Shown here in pieces: positions 23,265-34,700 of a stretch of DNA of 64,000 nucleotides. The notes below the pieces were generated by a model that saw only the letters and a list, made by a program, of their open reading frames with translations, did no database searches and was not told where the DNA came from. The position numbers and the translations under genes are program-made. Source of the DNA: Caecitellus pseudoparvulus (Eukaryota; Protista; Bigyra: Bicosoecida); NCBI GenBank assembly GCA_965644315.1, contig CBFFRQ010000036.1, positions 1 through 64,000 of the forward strand, given 5' to 3'. Each line of letters begins with the position of its first letter. The stretch's first letter is position 1.

Positions 23265-25865
23265 TCAGAGACGTTTCAGGCGGGCTTTGGCACCAGCATG
23301 TCCCTGTTTAGCCGCCGCCCTGTACCACCGCACCGCCACAGCATCGTCCTTGCCCACACCCCTGCCACTGGCATACATGGCACCCAGCTTGTTTTGCCCA
23401 CCCGCATGTCCCTGCTCAGCCGCTGCTCTGAGCCACCGCGCGGCCTCTGCATAATCCTTGCCCACACCCTTGCCGTAGAGGTACATAGCACCCAGCCTGT
23501 ACTGTCCCTCCGCATGTCCCTGCTCAGCCGCTGCCCTCAGCCACCGCATAGCCTCATACTTATCCTTCTTCACACCATTGCCGCTGGCATACACGTCGCC
23601 CAGCTTGCACTGGGCCTTCGCATGCCCCTGCTCAGCCGCTGCCCTGAGCAACCGCACAGCCTCAGCGTAGTCCTCGCGCGAACCCCGGACGTTGGCATGC
23701 ATGGCACCCAGACAAGACTGAGCCTTTGCATGCCCCTGCTCAGCCGCTGCCTTCAGCCACCGCGCAGCCTCAGCCTCGTCCTTGCCCACACCAATGCCCC
23801 TGGCATACATGACGCCCAGCTTGGTTTGCCCACCCGCATGTCCCTGCTTAGCCGCTGCTCTGTACCACCGAACCGCCTCTTCCTCGTCCTTTTCCACACA
23901 TTTGCCCTCCGCGTACATAACGCCAAGCTCCCAGCAACTCCAAGCATCACCTTCCTCCGCTGCTTGAATCATGCTCTCAACATCCACCGCATCTTTCTCA
24001 CACCATGCTCTATGACCATCTCCAGCCACGACATTCATGTGCTCAGCCACCCTCTCTACCACATTGCCTCCACCCATCAAGCATCTCCACACACCAACAC
24101 AACCACTCCCCTTGTATCCCTGCACACACACATGCCCCACCTTTCCCACAACATCAACCAATCCACTGCACCTCCCAGCCTCACCAACCCCACCTTTTTC
24201 TTTCACTTCCACACGCCACGCTCGCATTCCACCCCACAAACCCTCCACGCCACTTTCACCACCAGCAGCCACAGCATCCCACACATGCCCCATCGCACCA
24301 TCTCCCACCTCACTTCGCGCCCAATCAACACCAACACCGCACCCACTCCGCGCAGCCTGGGCCGCGCACACAAGCCCATTACTCCCACTCACATCCATGC
24401 CACTGCCCCACACACCACCTTCGTCAAAGCTCGCCAGCACACCGCCATCAGCTTCGCCGCCACCGCCTCCACGCTCCAAGCCCATCACATCCCTCAAGGC
24501 ATCATTCCACTCCCCACATCCAACCTCACCCACCACCTGTCCCACACGCACGGCGCACAAACGCACTGATGCCACACCCCTCAACACATCTCCTGCCACA
24601 CCAGCAATGCCTCCACCCATCCCACAGCTCCCCTCTACCACCAGTGCCCCCAACACACCACCTCCAACATACCCAGCTCCTGACTCCTCACAAGCGCTCA
24701 GCACATCCAAACACTCTCGTATCACACCCGCCCGAACATCGACCCCCACGTCCTCCCAAGCCTCATCGCCAACCACTTCAGCCACCGGCACACCTGCACA
24801 CATTGTCACCTGCAACACCAGAAATGTACGGGACCCCAGTGGGTTTGCGCCGCTCACACGGCTTTGTTCCACACTCACAGCCACTCCACGCAAAGCATGA
24901 ACAGGTGGCGCAACACCAGCCGCCTCAGCCCATACATTTATTTGTTGACCCAGTACCAACCCCCGCACAATCTCAGCGCACTTTGCCGCCCACTCACTCT
25001 CACCTTCGTCACCCATCCATACCGGCACCTTGAACTCACTCCGCCACTCAACCACCATGCCCTCCCCGTCTCCCCGCAGAAACGCACGCCCACCGCCACT
25101 CACACCCACATTCACACTCGCACTCACACCGTCGCTGTCCACGACATCCACCTCTGGCACTCCAAGACCCCCAAACTTGTCCAGAGCCTCCGCTATCCCC
25201 GCCACATCACCCGCCGCGCCTGCCAAGTTACACACCTTCTCACTCAGCCGCTCAGAGGCGACACTCAGCATGGTCTGGGCAGCAACCACACCCTTGACCA
25301 CCTCCACACCTCCCACTGAAAGCTTCCCGCCTGGTGGGGGCTCGCCGTTCAACTTGGGCAACCCAAAAGCGTGTTCAGCAGCCCACACAGCCAAGGCACG
25401 CAGCAACCCTTCCTGCCCAGGTGACTCACTGGCTGCGGCCGATACGCTGTCCCATGCGCCCACAATGCCCCGGTACACGCGGTCCAACCGCGCGCCATCC
25501 ACCCATTCGTCTCGCACCAGTGTCCCTCGCACCATGTCTCGCACGGCACGTTGTGCAGCCTGCACGCACCAACAAAGCCGCTTCAAGCCCCGTTCTGCTC
25601 GCGCATGCAACTTGCCCCTTTCTTCCTCCAGCATTCGCACCAGTCCAGCTCCGATCCGCCCCAGTGCCTCCAGTTGCCCCTCCACGCCAAGCCACTGTCC
25701 CGTCTCCCGCATAGGCTCCCCCACCGCGCTTGCCAACCCCAACAGAGCTTCTGCAACTTCACCTCGCACAGCCACGCTGTCCACACACGGTCCTCGGGCC
25801 ACGTCGATCAACGCATCCACAGGGCCGATGCCTGTGACCGACCCACCTGCGCCTGATGCCGACAT
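23265..25865 (-). CDS. Sel1-like-repeat protein (866 aa) with putative N-terminal helical bundle and central pseudokinase-like region
   Basis: Single intronless ORF, first ATG 25865. The C-terminal 36-aa Sel1 repeats (AxRWxRAAAEQGHAxxQxxLGxMYxxGxGVxKD) are certain. The N-terminal and central domain calls are pattern-based and less certain. Confidence 0.85.
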   Translation of the reverse strand: MSASGAGGSVTGIGPVDALIDVARGPCVDSVAVRGEVAEALLGLASAVGEPMRETGQWLGVEGQLEALGRIGAGLVRMLEEERGKLHARAERGLKRLCWCVQAAQRAVRDMVRGTLVRDEWVDGARLDRVYRGIVGAWDSVSAAASESPGQEGLLRALAVWAAEHAFGLPKLNGEPPPGGKLSVGGVEVVKGVVAAQTMLSVASERLSEKVCNLAGAAGDVAGIAEALDKFGGLGVPEVDVVDSDGVSASVNVGVSGGGRAFLRGDGEGMVVEWRSEFKVPVWMGDEGESEWAAKCAEIVRGLVLGQQINVWAEAAGVAPPVHALRGVAVSVEQSRVSGANPLGSRTFLVLQVTMCAGVPVAEVVGDEAWEDVGVDVRAGVIRECLDVLSACEESGAGYVGGGVLGALVVEGSCGMGGGIAGVAGDVLRGVASVRLCAVRVGQVVGEVGCGEWNDALRDVMGLERGGGGGEADGGVLASFDEGGVWGSGMDVSGSNGLVCAAQAARSGCGVGVDWARSEVGDGAMGHVWDAVAAGGESGVEGLWGGMRAWRVEVKEKGGVGEAGRCSGLVDVVGKVGHVCVQGYKGSGCVGVWRCLMGGGNVVERVAEHMNVVAGDGHRAWCEKDAVDVESMIQAAEEGDAWSCWELGVMYAEGKCVEKDEEEAVRWYRAAAKQGHAGGQTKLGVMYARGIGVGKDEAEAARWLKAAAEQGHAKAQSCLGAMHANVRGSREDYAEAVRLLRAAAEQGHAKAQCKLGDVYASGNGVKKDKYEAMRWLRAAAEQGHAEGQYRLGAMYLYGKGVGKDYAEAARWLRAAAEQGHAGGQNKLGAMYASGRGVGKDDAVAVRWYRAAAKQGHAGAKARLKRL
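23296..23950 (-). repeat. 108-bp tandem repeats encoding six Sel1 units
   Basis: GCATG(T/C)CCCTG recurs at 23296, 23404, 23512, 23620, 23728 and 23836, exactly 108 nt apart. Confidence 0.95.
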
Positions 25866-26862
25866 GATGCCACCGTTGCAGTCTGTGGGCGTTTGGGGGC
25901 AGCTTGGTGCAGCACGCGTTGTTGCAAGCACTTGCGCCAACGGAAACTTCGCACCTGTCAATTTCCGCTGCTGCGCTGAAGAACCAATCAGAGACCAAAT
26001 GCCGGTCACCAAAGCCTCGATGTGTTCAGCACTTGACTAGAATGCTGTGCATTCGGGGGCTTCATTGCAGCCATTGAGGGAGAACGAAATTGTCCCAAAT
26101 CTGCATCTGCCGTAGTCCCTCTCTGATTGTTGGTGAAAGAAAAAGTGCCGAAGTTACAATCTGTGCGGAACGCCCCTAGACCTCTACCATTGATCTGGCC
26201 ATACTGGTCTCTTGACTCCGATGAGCTCCAATTGCGGGCTTCTTCGTGCAGAAACGATCGGCGATTCATCTGCGCACTTCTCGACCCTGATTTCGTGATG
26301 GCAGGCAAGGAACAAAACTTCCCAGACCCGCAAGACTCCGAATCAAAGTTACGGAGCGTCAATCTCTCGTCAGGCTGAGAAACTATGGGTGGCTTCCTCT
26401 CCCTATCTCTGCGTGCACATGTTGCACTTTGCTCCTGGACTCGACCTGAACTTTGGCCTGCCCACCATGCTCAGCACACCACCACTGAGCAAAAACAAAC
26501 CATGGCGCACTCTAGAGTCTTATCCCCCCATTTGCTCCTCGCGCCCTCTATCGCGGCTTTGCCCCGCACGAGCAATGGGTGGCTTGCTCAATACTCACGC
26601 AAAGCCGCCACCAGCACATCGTACTTCCGCACAGGGTGTCCAAAACCGGATGAGGAACAAACACTACACCACCAACAAGTCGCCAGCTCCAGCCCCTCCC
26701 GCCTAGGTTTCCTTGGGCATACAGCGCTGGCCATTATTTCGCACCGCTCAAGCCAGCTCATCCAAGCCCAGATCCGCTCGCAATACACCCCAACCTGACA
26801 AGACAGCCTAGTGCACGAGGATCGGGGAATCTTACACTAGCCCATACCAAATTGTGGCATCC

Positions 26863-28971
26863 ATGGCTTGGGAAGGCCTCATCGGCACCATTGACGATGA
26901 TTCGGACGATGAGGTGCGGCGTGCGGAATTCGAGTCGCCACGCCAAAGCGCTTGCTGACCCGCTGCTGCCATGCCTGTGCGCACGCAGAGCTTGAACGTC
27001 GCGTTCACGACTCGTGACAACCTCATTCTGCTCATTGATGGCCGGGAGTCCTTTGTGAAGCCAGCCCCCGATGGCGAGGTGAGAAGCAGGTCAACGTCTG
27101 GCTCCCAAACCCTCAGCTCACGCAACAACCCGCTTTGCCCTGCACAGAGCGCTTTCGCGAACTGCTTGGCTGCTGCGGAACGGCTGCTGCGCAGCCACAT
27201 CTTGACATCATCTCAACACCGCATCGGGGTGTACATTCTCGGCGCCGGCGTGGTGAACCACAAGGAAGGCTTCCGGGGCGTGCACGTGGTGACGCAGCTT
27301 GACCAGCCTGGGCGGGACGCGGTGCAGGCTGTGGCGGCCATCAGGGCTGCGTTGGCGAGCGGGGAGCCCCTGCAGCATGGCTGCCTGCCATCTTCGGCGC
27401 CGCTGCATTTGGATGAGGGGCTGTGGGCGTGTTCGCTGGCGTTTTCTGCACTGAAGAGCACGCAGCACCGCGTGGAGGACAAGCGGGTGTGGGTGTTCAC
27501 CGACGACGCCGCACCGGGAGGTGGCGATGGGGAGGGTCTGCCTGCCCTCTTGCGGCGCAGTGAGCACCTGCGTGAGAACCAGACGACGGTGTTCCTGTAC
27601 CCATTCACCGACTTTCTGGAGCCAGGGGCGGCGGGCGCTGGGCCGGACACACTGCAAGGCACGAGCTTTGACATGCGGCAGTGGGCGCCCATTCTGCGGG
27701 CCAACCTCGACATTGCGGACAGCGATGGGGATGGTGTTCTGGATGCACTCGACCAGCGCGTGTTCGCGCAAGCCCGCGGTGGGGGCGGGGCGGGAGAGGC
27801 ACTTGCGGAGGATATGCGGTCGCGCCTGCACAAGAAACGCGTGTACGCCAAGCTGCCCCTGGTGCTGCCGACAGGGCAGGAACTGGCTCTGGGCGTGTAC
27901 AAGAACGTGGCCAAGGCACGCAAGCCCTCGGCGGTCAAGGTGCGCAGTGGGGCCTACGATGTGCCAGTGAAGAGCTCCACGCGGTACGTGTGCCGGGACA
28001 CGGGTCGCAGCCTGGGCGCGTCTGACATGGGCAAGGTGGCGTGTCTGGGGGCCACCGAGGTGGAGTTGGAGCCAGACACAGTGCGGGCGGTGAAGACTCT
28101 GTCCAAGCCGGGACTGGCTCTGCTCGGAACACGGGCGCTGTCCAGCGTGCCGCTGGAACACACCGTGGAGGCGCCGCTGTTCGTGTTTCCCCACGAGGCG
28201 CTGGTGAGCGGCTCCACGGCGGCGTTCATCGCGCTGCACCGGGCGCTGGTGGCGCAGGAACGAGTTGGGATCGTGCGTTTTGTTCCGCGAGAAGGCGCGC
28301 CCCCCGTCCTTGCCGCCCTCGTGCCTGCCACCGAGCGTGTGGACGCGGACAGTCGGCGGCAAGTGGAGCCGGCGGGCATGTACATTGTGCGCCTGCCCTT
28401 TGCAGACGACATCCGCCTGAACGTGCCTGTTCCGGCCACGCCTGCAGCCGTCTCAGACGCATCTGTGCAAGCAGCCGAGGCGTTGATCCAGCGCCTGTCC
28501 CTGCCCGCCTTTCACCCCAGCCAGAGCGACAACCCAGTGCTGCAGAAGTGGTTCAGCAGCACAGAAGCCTTGGCGCTGGGCCAGGAACGCACGTGGAACG
28601 AGGAGCAAGACCTGCTGCGTCCTGATACTGCTGCTCTGGAGGGCGCAGCGGAGCAGTTTGCAGAGTGGCAGGCTGCGGTGGCGGCCGACGCCGGGGAGGG
28701 CCTGCCGCCGCCGTCGCTTGCAGTTGGAGGCGTGAAACGCAGCCAGGCTGCCGCCGGCGCGAGTGGGGAGGCGGCTGGCAGCCAGGGCAAGCGAGCACGT
28801 GTGGATTCGGTGGACGCGCCGGACCATGCGGCGGTGGTGGCGCAGCACGCGGCGGGGAAGCTGTCCAAGTACACCGTGCCGCTGCTCAAGGCCATCCTGA
28901 AACGCATGGGCGCGCCCACCTCTGGACGCAAAGCTGACCTGGTCCAGCGACTGGAGAGCCTGCTGGCGTAG
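26863..28971 (+). CDS. XRCC6: Ku70 (vWA + Ku core + C-terminal SAP)
   Basis: Exon 1 MAWEGLIGTIDDDSDDE, introns 26914..26988 and 27079..27147. RDNLILLIDG, KRVWVFTDD, LVSGSTAAFIALH, LPFADDIR, DNPVLQKWF..EALAL, SAP LSKYTVPLLKAILKRMGAPTSGRKADLVQRL. Confidence 0.93.
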
Positions 28972-29086
28972 TGTGTTCGTGCCTTGGTTGCTATGCGTCA
29001 CATGGGCGTGGTGGAGAGGCCTGCGTTGTCTGGTGCCACAATGCAGTCTGCTGCAAGCCTCACTCGCCGCCTGCATTGCACTCTCG

Positions 29087-29716
29087 TCAATAGGCGCGCA
29101 GTGCGCGCTTCTTGCGTGACTCCTTCGCCGATCGCTTCTTCAACTTGGCTGCGAGCTTTTCGTTCACTGCAGCGCCCTTCTTGTTCGCTGCGGCAGCGCG
29201 GCGGTTCTGTGTGCGCGTTTTCGCCTGCCCGCGTTTCATGGCCCGCTTCAAATGCCCGACGTCGTCCGACGCGTGCATCGCCGCCAGCGCGGCGGCATGC
29301 TCCTCCTCCGCCCTGGTGGCCAGCCTGCTTGCCTCGCCTTCCAGCAGGGAAAAGTCCCACGTGTCGGCGTGCCCTGGTCGTTGGCTGCCAGTGGGCTTGG
29401 CGCCTGAGCCAGCGACTGCGCTGGACAGCTCTTCGAAGTTGAAGGAGGGGCCACTGCCAGCTGCCGGGTCAGCCAGGCGGGACGCGTCGGCCTCTTTGCG
29501 GTCTTCCTCTTCGATGCTGCCTTGGATGTCGGCCAGCGCGCTCTGCAGGTCAAACGTCGTGTCCTGCCCGCTGCCACCCAGCATAGACGCAGCCGGCGCT
29601 TCTTGGGCACGCGCCTGCACGGCAGAGCCGAGACGTCCGGGTGCCAGCTGCACTGCAGGTTGTGCTTCATCACCACTGCTGTCGGCTAGAGCGTCAAATG
29701 GGTTCGTGCTGGCCAT
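29087..29716 (-). CDS. Hypothetical ~209-aa protein with basic C-terminal helix (weak resemblance to Alb1/Ecm1-type pre-60S factors)
   Basis: MASTNPFDALADSSGDE start and host-like codon usage. C-terminus KRGQAKTRTQNRRAAAANKKGAAVNEKLAAKLKKRSAKESRKKRALRAY. Function is a guess. Confidence 0.6.
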   Translation of the reverse strand: MASTNPFDALADSSGDEAQPAVQLAPGRLGSAVQARAQEAPAASMLGGSGQDTTFDLQSALADIQGSIEEEDRKEADASRLADPAAGSGPSFNFEELSSAVAGSGAKPTGSQRPGHADTWDFSLLEGEASRLATRAEEEHAAALAAMHASDDVGHLKRAMKRGQAKTRTQNRRAAAANKKGAAVNEKLAAKLKKRSAKESRKKRALRAY

Positions 29717-30390
29717 GCTGAAGCTTGGAAGGGCTGTTCTCCGAAGCCGAGGGCGAAGCAATTTCCGCGCGTGCCACCCAGCAGTCGCCGACCAAGAAGT
29801 CCTGACAGGCAACGTCGCCTTGAGACTAGTCCGATCTAGCCCATGGAGTTTCGCGGAACGTGTCTATGATCAGTTTTGAGCCGTGCTTGTGCTTTGAGGA
29901 ATGGAGTGAGGGGGGGAGAAGCGAGCCAAGTTGCGGCAGCCATAAGTTCCAGGGATCTCAGGGAAGCTACCTTCGCACCTTTCTCGCTGAGATGCCGGAC
30001 ACTTCATCGTTCAGGGGGGGTCCCCCCTGTGGACCTTCCCCCCTTTCGCCGCCCGTGTCCAAGCCGATGGGAGACGCTCTTGATATCCCTCCGACATCGC
30101 AGATCTCACCACAGCACGATCAGTCTACAGCGACGAGGGTGGCACAAAAGCAGAACCAGCGCTTGTGTTTGCTACCCTGTCAACGGCAAGAAGGCTGGGG
30201 TACATCACCCTTTCCCCCTGCCATGCTGCCAAGCGGATGGCCCGAAGTCAAGCAGAGCCAGACACTTGGGTAGGGCGGAGCCGGACACCTTTGAGATCTC
30301 TGTAAAAATCCAAAATCTCAACACAAGGGTTGGAGAGGGGAAAGGGTCATCCACGTCCTTGCCCTTTACAGCCATAAGCGTGGGCTCGCG

Positions 30391-31621
30391 ATGGCTGCTC
30401 TGGAGGCGCCTGCGGAAGTTGTGGGCAGTTTGGGAGATGTTTCCTCGGCGGCGAAAGCCAGTTCACAAGTGCAGGTGGTGGTGCAGGGCGCCGGGGAGCC
30501 AGTGCAGCATGATTTGGAGGCCTATACGTGGCTGAGAATGGTAATTCTCTCCGATACCCACAACAGGTGCGCGAGCTTTCACCCTGGAGGGCGTCGGCGC
30601 TTCGCCTCTCACCACGCCAAGACAGCGCAGCCAAGTCCTCCTCGGCTCCCGCTCGCTGCAGGCAGAAACTCTTGGGGCCCATTCCTGAAGGGGACATCCT
30701 CTTGCATTGCGGCGACTTCTCCATGTCTGGCAAGCCGAGATCCCTGAGAGAATTCAACCGCTGGATGGGCCAACAGACACACAAGTGCGTGGTCCAGGCG
30801 CACCACCGCCAGTGGCACGCATCACACTTGCCGCGCGCCCACTCCCAGGTACCGCTTCCTGGTGCCAGGCAACCACGATCTGACGCTGGACCCGACGTAC
30901 TACGAGCCATATACCACGCCTCGTGGGGGCTGGTTCCGCGATTGGCATTCCCAGCCTCGTTTCAGCAGCTGGGAGCGAGCAGCTGAGAAACTCACCGCCA
31001 TTGAGTTGCTGTCTGACAGGGGCGTGGCAGTGCATGGCATGCGGCTGTACGGCTTCCCTCACCTGCCCACTCCCCACCGCACCACCATGGCGTTCTGCCA
31101 CAAACTCGACAAGTGCGTATCTGGCATGCGCAAGTACTGCCGCGTGATGCATACGACGCAGCCACTTGCACTCGCCCGCCCACCCGCCACACAGAGAAAG
31201 TGGCCTGTGTCCCTCCATGAAGTACTACTTGGACTTGATTCCCACAGATACGCATGTGCTGGGTGTGCATGGGCCGGCGTGGGGACGCCTGGACCAAATC
31301 TGGCACCGGAAACGCAGCGTCGGCTCAAAGGACCTGCGGAATTGGGTGGACACACACCAGCCCCAGCTGGTTGCTTGCGGGCACATTCACGAAGCCAGGG
31401 GCACCCTGGTTGACTCAGCCACTGGCGTGACGTTTGTCAACGCAGCGTGCCTGAACCAGAGCTACGCGCCTGTCACCGCTGAAACAGACAGCATCGGCTT
31501 TGTCGTGGACATTGGCGTACCAAAGACAGGGGGTGAGGCAGGTGTTGCCAAGGGCGAAAGCCCTTTTGAGGACGTGACTGACCCTGACTACGTGCCACTC
31601 CTGCACCGGCCGCGGAGCTAG
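30391..31621 (+). CDS. Calcineurin-like metallophosphoesterase (MPPED1/2-like), three introns
   Basis: All five motifs across the spliced exons: ILSDTH, LLHCGDF, PGNHD, VHGP, CGHIHE, followed by TFVNAA. Confidence 0.9.
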
Positions 31622-31719
31622 GCAAGCTATCCTGCTGCACTGTCAAAAAGTAGAAACTGGGTGCACGCAGCTCGTTCAAGCAGCACGGCCCCCGCCACGT
31701 GGAAGCTCTGCCGGCCGAT

Positions 31720-34700
31720 ATGCAAGTGGCGGATTGGCCAGTAGCGCCAGTGCACTTGTGGCCGCCGGCACTTGTGCGCGAGGTCGCCTTCAGCTCGGCG
31801 CTGCGCTGTGCTGAGCCTTGCACCTCGGAAGACGCGGCCGATGCTCTGCAATGCACGTTGGTGCAGTTGAAGCAGGCCATTGCCTCAGCTTGGCAGCTGC
31901 ATGGCGTGCGGCGGAAGGAGCGGTTCGCAGAGGTGGCGTGCGAGCGGATTTTGAGCCACCACGACAGCCGCATTGTCCCCTCGAACAGGGCGAGCCTGGC
32001 GGAGGCACGGGAGGATGCAGGGCGGATAGCTTCTCAATCATCAACAGGCACACCTTCAGGCTCTGCCTCGTTCTCCCACGCCGAAGGTGAGGCGCAGCTT
32101 CCCCGCGATTGCATTGGTCTGGTCTAGGCAGGCGCAGACCATGCTCCCCACCCCCCTGCCTCGCACACAGGCGCTGATGGGCCCACCTTGCACGTATCCC
32201 TTGCACATTGCGCTGAGTGGTTGGGTGTGCAGCAGGAGGCCCTGCTCTCTCTCATGCAAGGCTCGCTGCCGGTGTGGCCCCTGTGGCAGGCACTGCTGAA
32301 CGAGTGCGTGCCGGCGCAGGCCACGCCGCCTCTGCACCGCACCCGTGCGACCGCGCTGACCACAGGCCGCATGGCATGCATGTGAAACAGCTTCTTGCGA
32401 GGGTGTCGGGGAAGCGCATCAAAGCCACGCAGGCAGACCACGTGGTGCGTGCACGTCAGTTTCTGCTTCTCTCCCGCACACAAACCAAACTACACACCGC
32501 CACTTGGTCACAGCTGCGGGTGAAGCTCAAAGACGTGGTCCAGAAGGTTTCCAGTGAGATCCAAGGCAACTTGACGAACATCTGGGTCAGCAACAAGTTC
32601 GTGGCGGGCTCTGCTGCTGCGACTTCGGGCGCTCCGCAAACTCCGCAACCGCTCCTCGCACCCCAGGTTCGTCGCAGCGGGGTCAGCCGACCCAGTGAAG
32701 AGCTTGGACATGGCACTGTATGAGGTGTGTCTGCGCCGCCCCACGTCCTCCCCTCCTGTGCCTGCCCCACGCACAGGCGTCGCGTTTTCCCACACCCGCA
32801 CCTGCACAGCTCGGCAGTCGCTTGAGCCGCACACCCTCCGACCCAGACACCAACCACCACACTGCCGTGCGTAGTGCGAAGAGTGGATCCATCCTCGTTA
32901 TTGCTTCACGACCTCCCCATCACCCCCCTCTGAACAGTCAGTGGGCGACCTGCGCTTCCCCAGCCCTGCCACCTCGGGTATCGGCGGATCCGCCGTCGTG
33001 TACGCAGCTGCACTGCACATGACGGGACAGGCCTGTTTCATCCATGGTGAGGAGATAGCATAGGCCACCTTGCCTCCCTGCACCACCGCCACACTCCCTA
33101 CCTGCTCCCCTTACAGTGGATGACGGAGACTGCGACTTCCAGCGCACGCCCGAGGACGTGTTCCGACCTCAACGCGGCCTGTTCGATACCGGCAGCATCG
33201 TGACGATGCCTGCCACACCTCTGGTCCTGTTTAAAACCCTTCCTGCCCTCGCCCGCTTCGCTGGCGCAGTGCCTGACGCAGAACGCTTCGCGGCGGTGCG
33301 TCCTGCGACTGTGCTTGCTGCAGGCCTTGTGGCCGGCGCGCCGCTGGCCACCACGCGCACAACGAGCTTCCTCACGGGGAGTGACGTGGCCTTGGCTGCC
33401 ATGGCATTGCCATTGCAGTCCTGGCCGAGCAGGGTCCCTTTGGGCGCCCTGGGTGTGGAGCGGCAGGCGACGCGAGTGCGGCGCGACCCGCCCTTGTCAT
33501 GTGGCAACCTTCCGGTGCTGGAGCCACACACGTCCATGCCGCTGCCCCTCCTGGCAGCAGCTCTGAACACGGTGGGGCTGCGGAACCGGAACCTCGCGCC
33601 TGAGGACCGTCACCCGCCCCCCTTCGTCGCAGGCTGTGCCGACATCCTGCCGGGCATGGCGCCTGCGGAGCTTGGACCCGCTGTCATCGCCGACCTCCCA
33701 CGTGCCTACGGAGCTTGGTCAGGCAGCTTGGGACACAGTGGTGTGCAGGACAGCGCCATTGCCTGGCCTACAGCGGTGGCAGTGTGGACTGCTACTGGGC
33801 CTGGCGGGGCTGAGGCCGTCGCGGTGCGAAGCGGCAGCAAGCTGCCGGAAGCCTGGCTGGACCCCGCCGCTGCCGCCACGGCAGTGCCGCCCAGACTGCC
33901 GCTGAGCACTGCAGCCCGCATCATTGGCTGGGCGTTGCACAGCCCTTTTGCAGTGCTCCCCGCACCCAGTGTACGCTGCGCCTCCCGGAGTGTGGGACGT
34001 GGAGCTCGCCTCGCCGCCTTGCACGCTTCGTGGGTCGCACAGCAGTGCGTGGAGCATGGTCTGGAGCCCAGGCTGCTGTCAGGCCTGCTCAGGGTGCGTG
34101 CACGGGCCATGGGGTCCATACTGCGCACGTTGCAAGCGGCACACGCGTTGCCTGGCCGGGAGGCTGTGCACGAACAAGGGGGGCGGGGCGGCGAATTGGT
34201 GCTGGTGTACGGCGACACACTGGGGGCATCGGATGCTGGACTGCAGGTGCAGACACAGCTCTCTGAGCGAGGCAGGAGTGCTGTCATTCGCATGGCGCAG
34301 GCCTGGACTGCGGATGCTGACGAGGAAGAGGTAGAGGAGGTCGTGGTCGTGCGGCAGGCGTTGCACGGGGCGCTGGCCACAAGAAACGCACCCGCCACGA
34401 CCTGCCCCGCTGACTTGGTCCCTGTCGCCGCGCAATCACCGCAGGAAGGCGTGCCAGGTGAGCGCCCTGTGCAGACTCCGTCTCATGCTGCAGGAGGGGG
34501 GGTTGCAGGGTGGCAGGATGACGTTCTGCACCTGGGCCTCGCGTGGGCGGTGCATCGGCGTGTTCTGGCGCAGGAAGGCATGGACCCACCTGCAGGGCCC
34601 TTTGTTGACTCTGTGGGAGGGGCGCTGGAAGACGAGGAGGAGGATGGCGCGTTGGAGGAAGACGACGCGGGGGCGTTTGGCCCTGCGTCGGCCACGTCTG

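Noticed and set aside
23296-23950. CRISPR-like array of regularly spaced repeats
   Set aside because: The period is 108 nt (36 codons) inside an ORF, the intervening sequences are homologous, and no cas genes are present. These are Sel1 coding repeats.
22930-26860. Transposon or diversity-generating retroelement carrying the Sel1 gene
   Set aside because: No TIR/LTR/TSD, transposase, reverse transcriptase or template repeat seen. Only short hairpins (around 22982-23000 and 26469-26490) that could be chance.
30391-31621. Frameshifted pseudogene (metallophosphoesterase motifs lie in separate ORFs)
   Set aside because: Three ordinary GT-AG introns join all motifs in frame.
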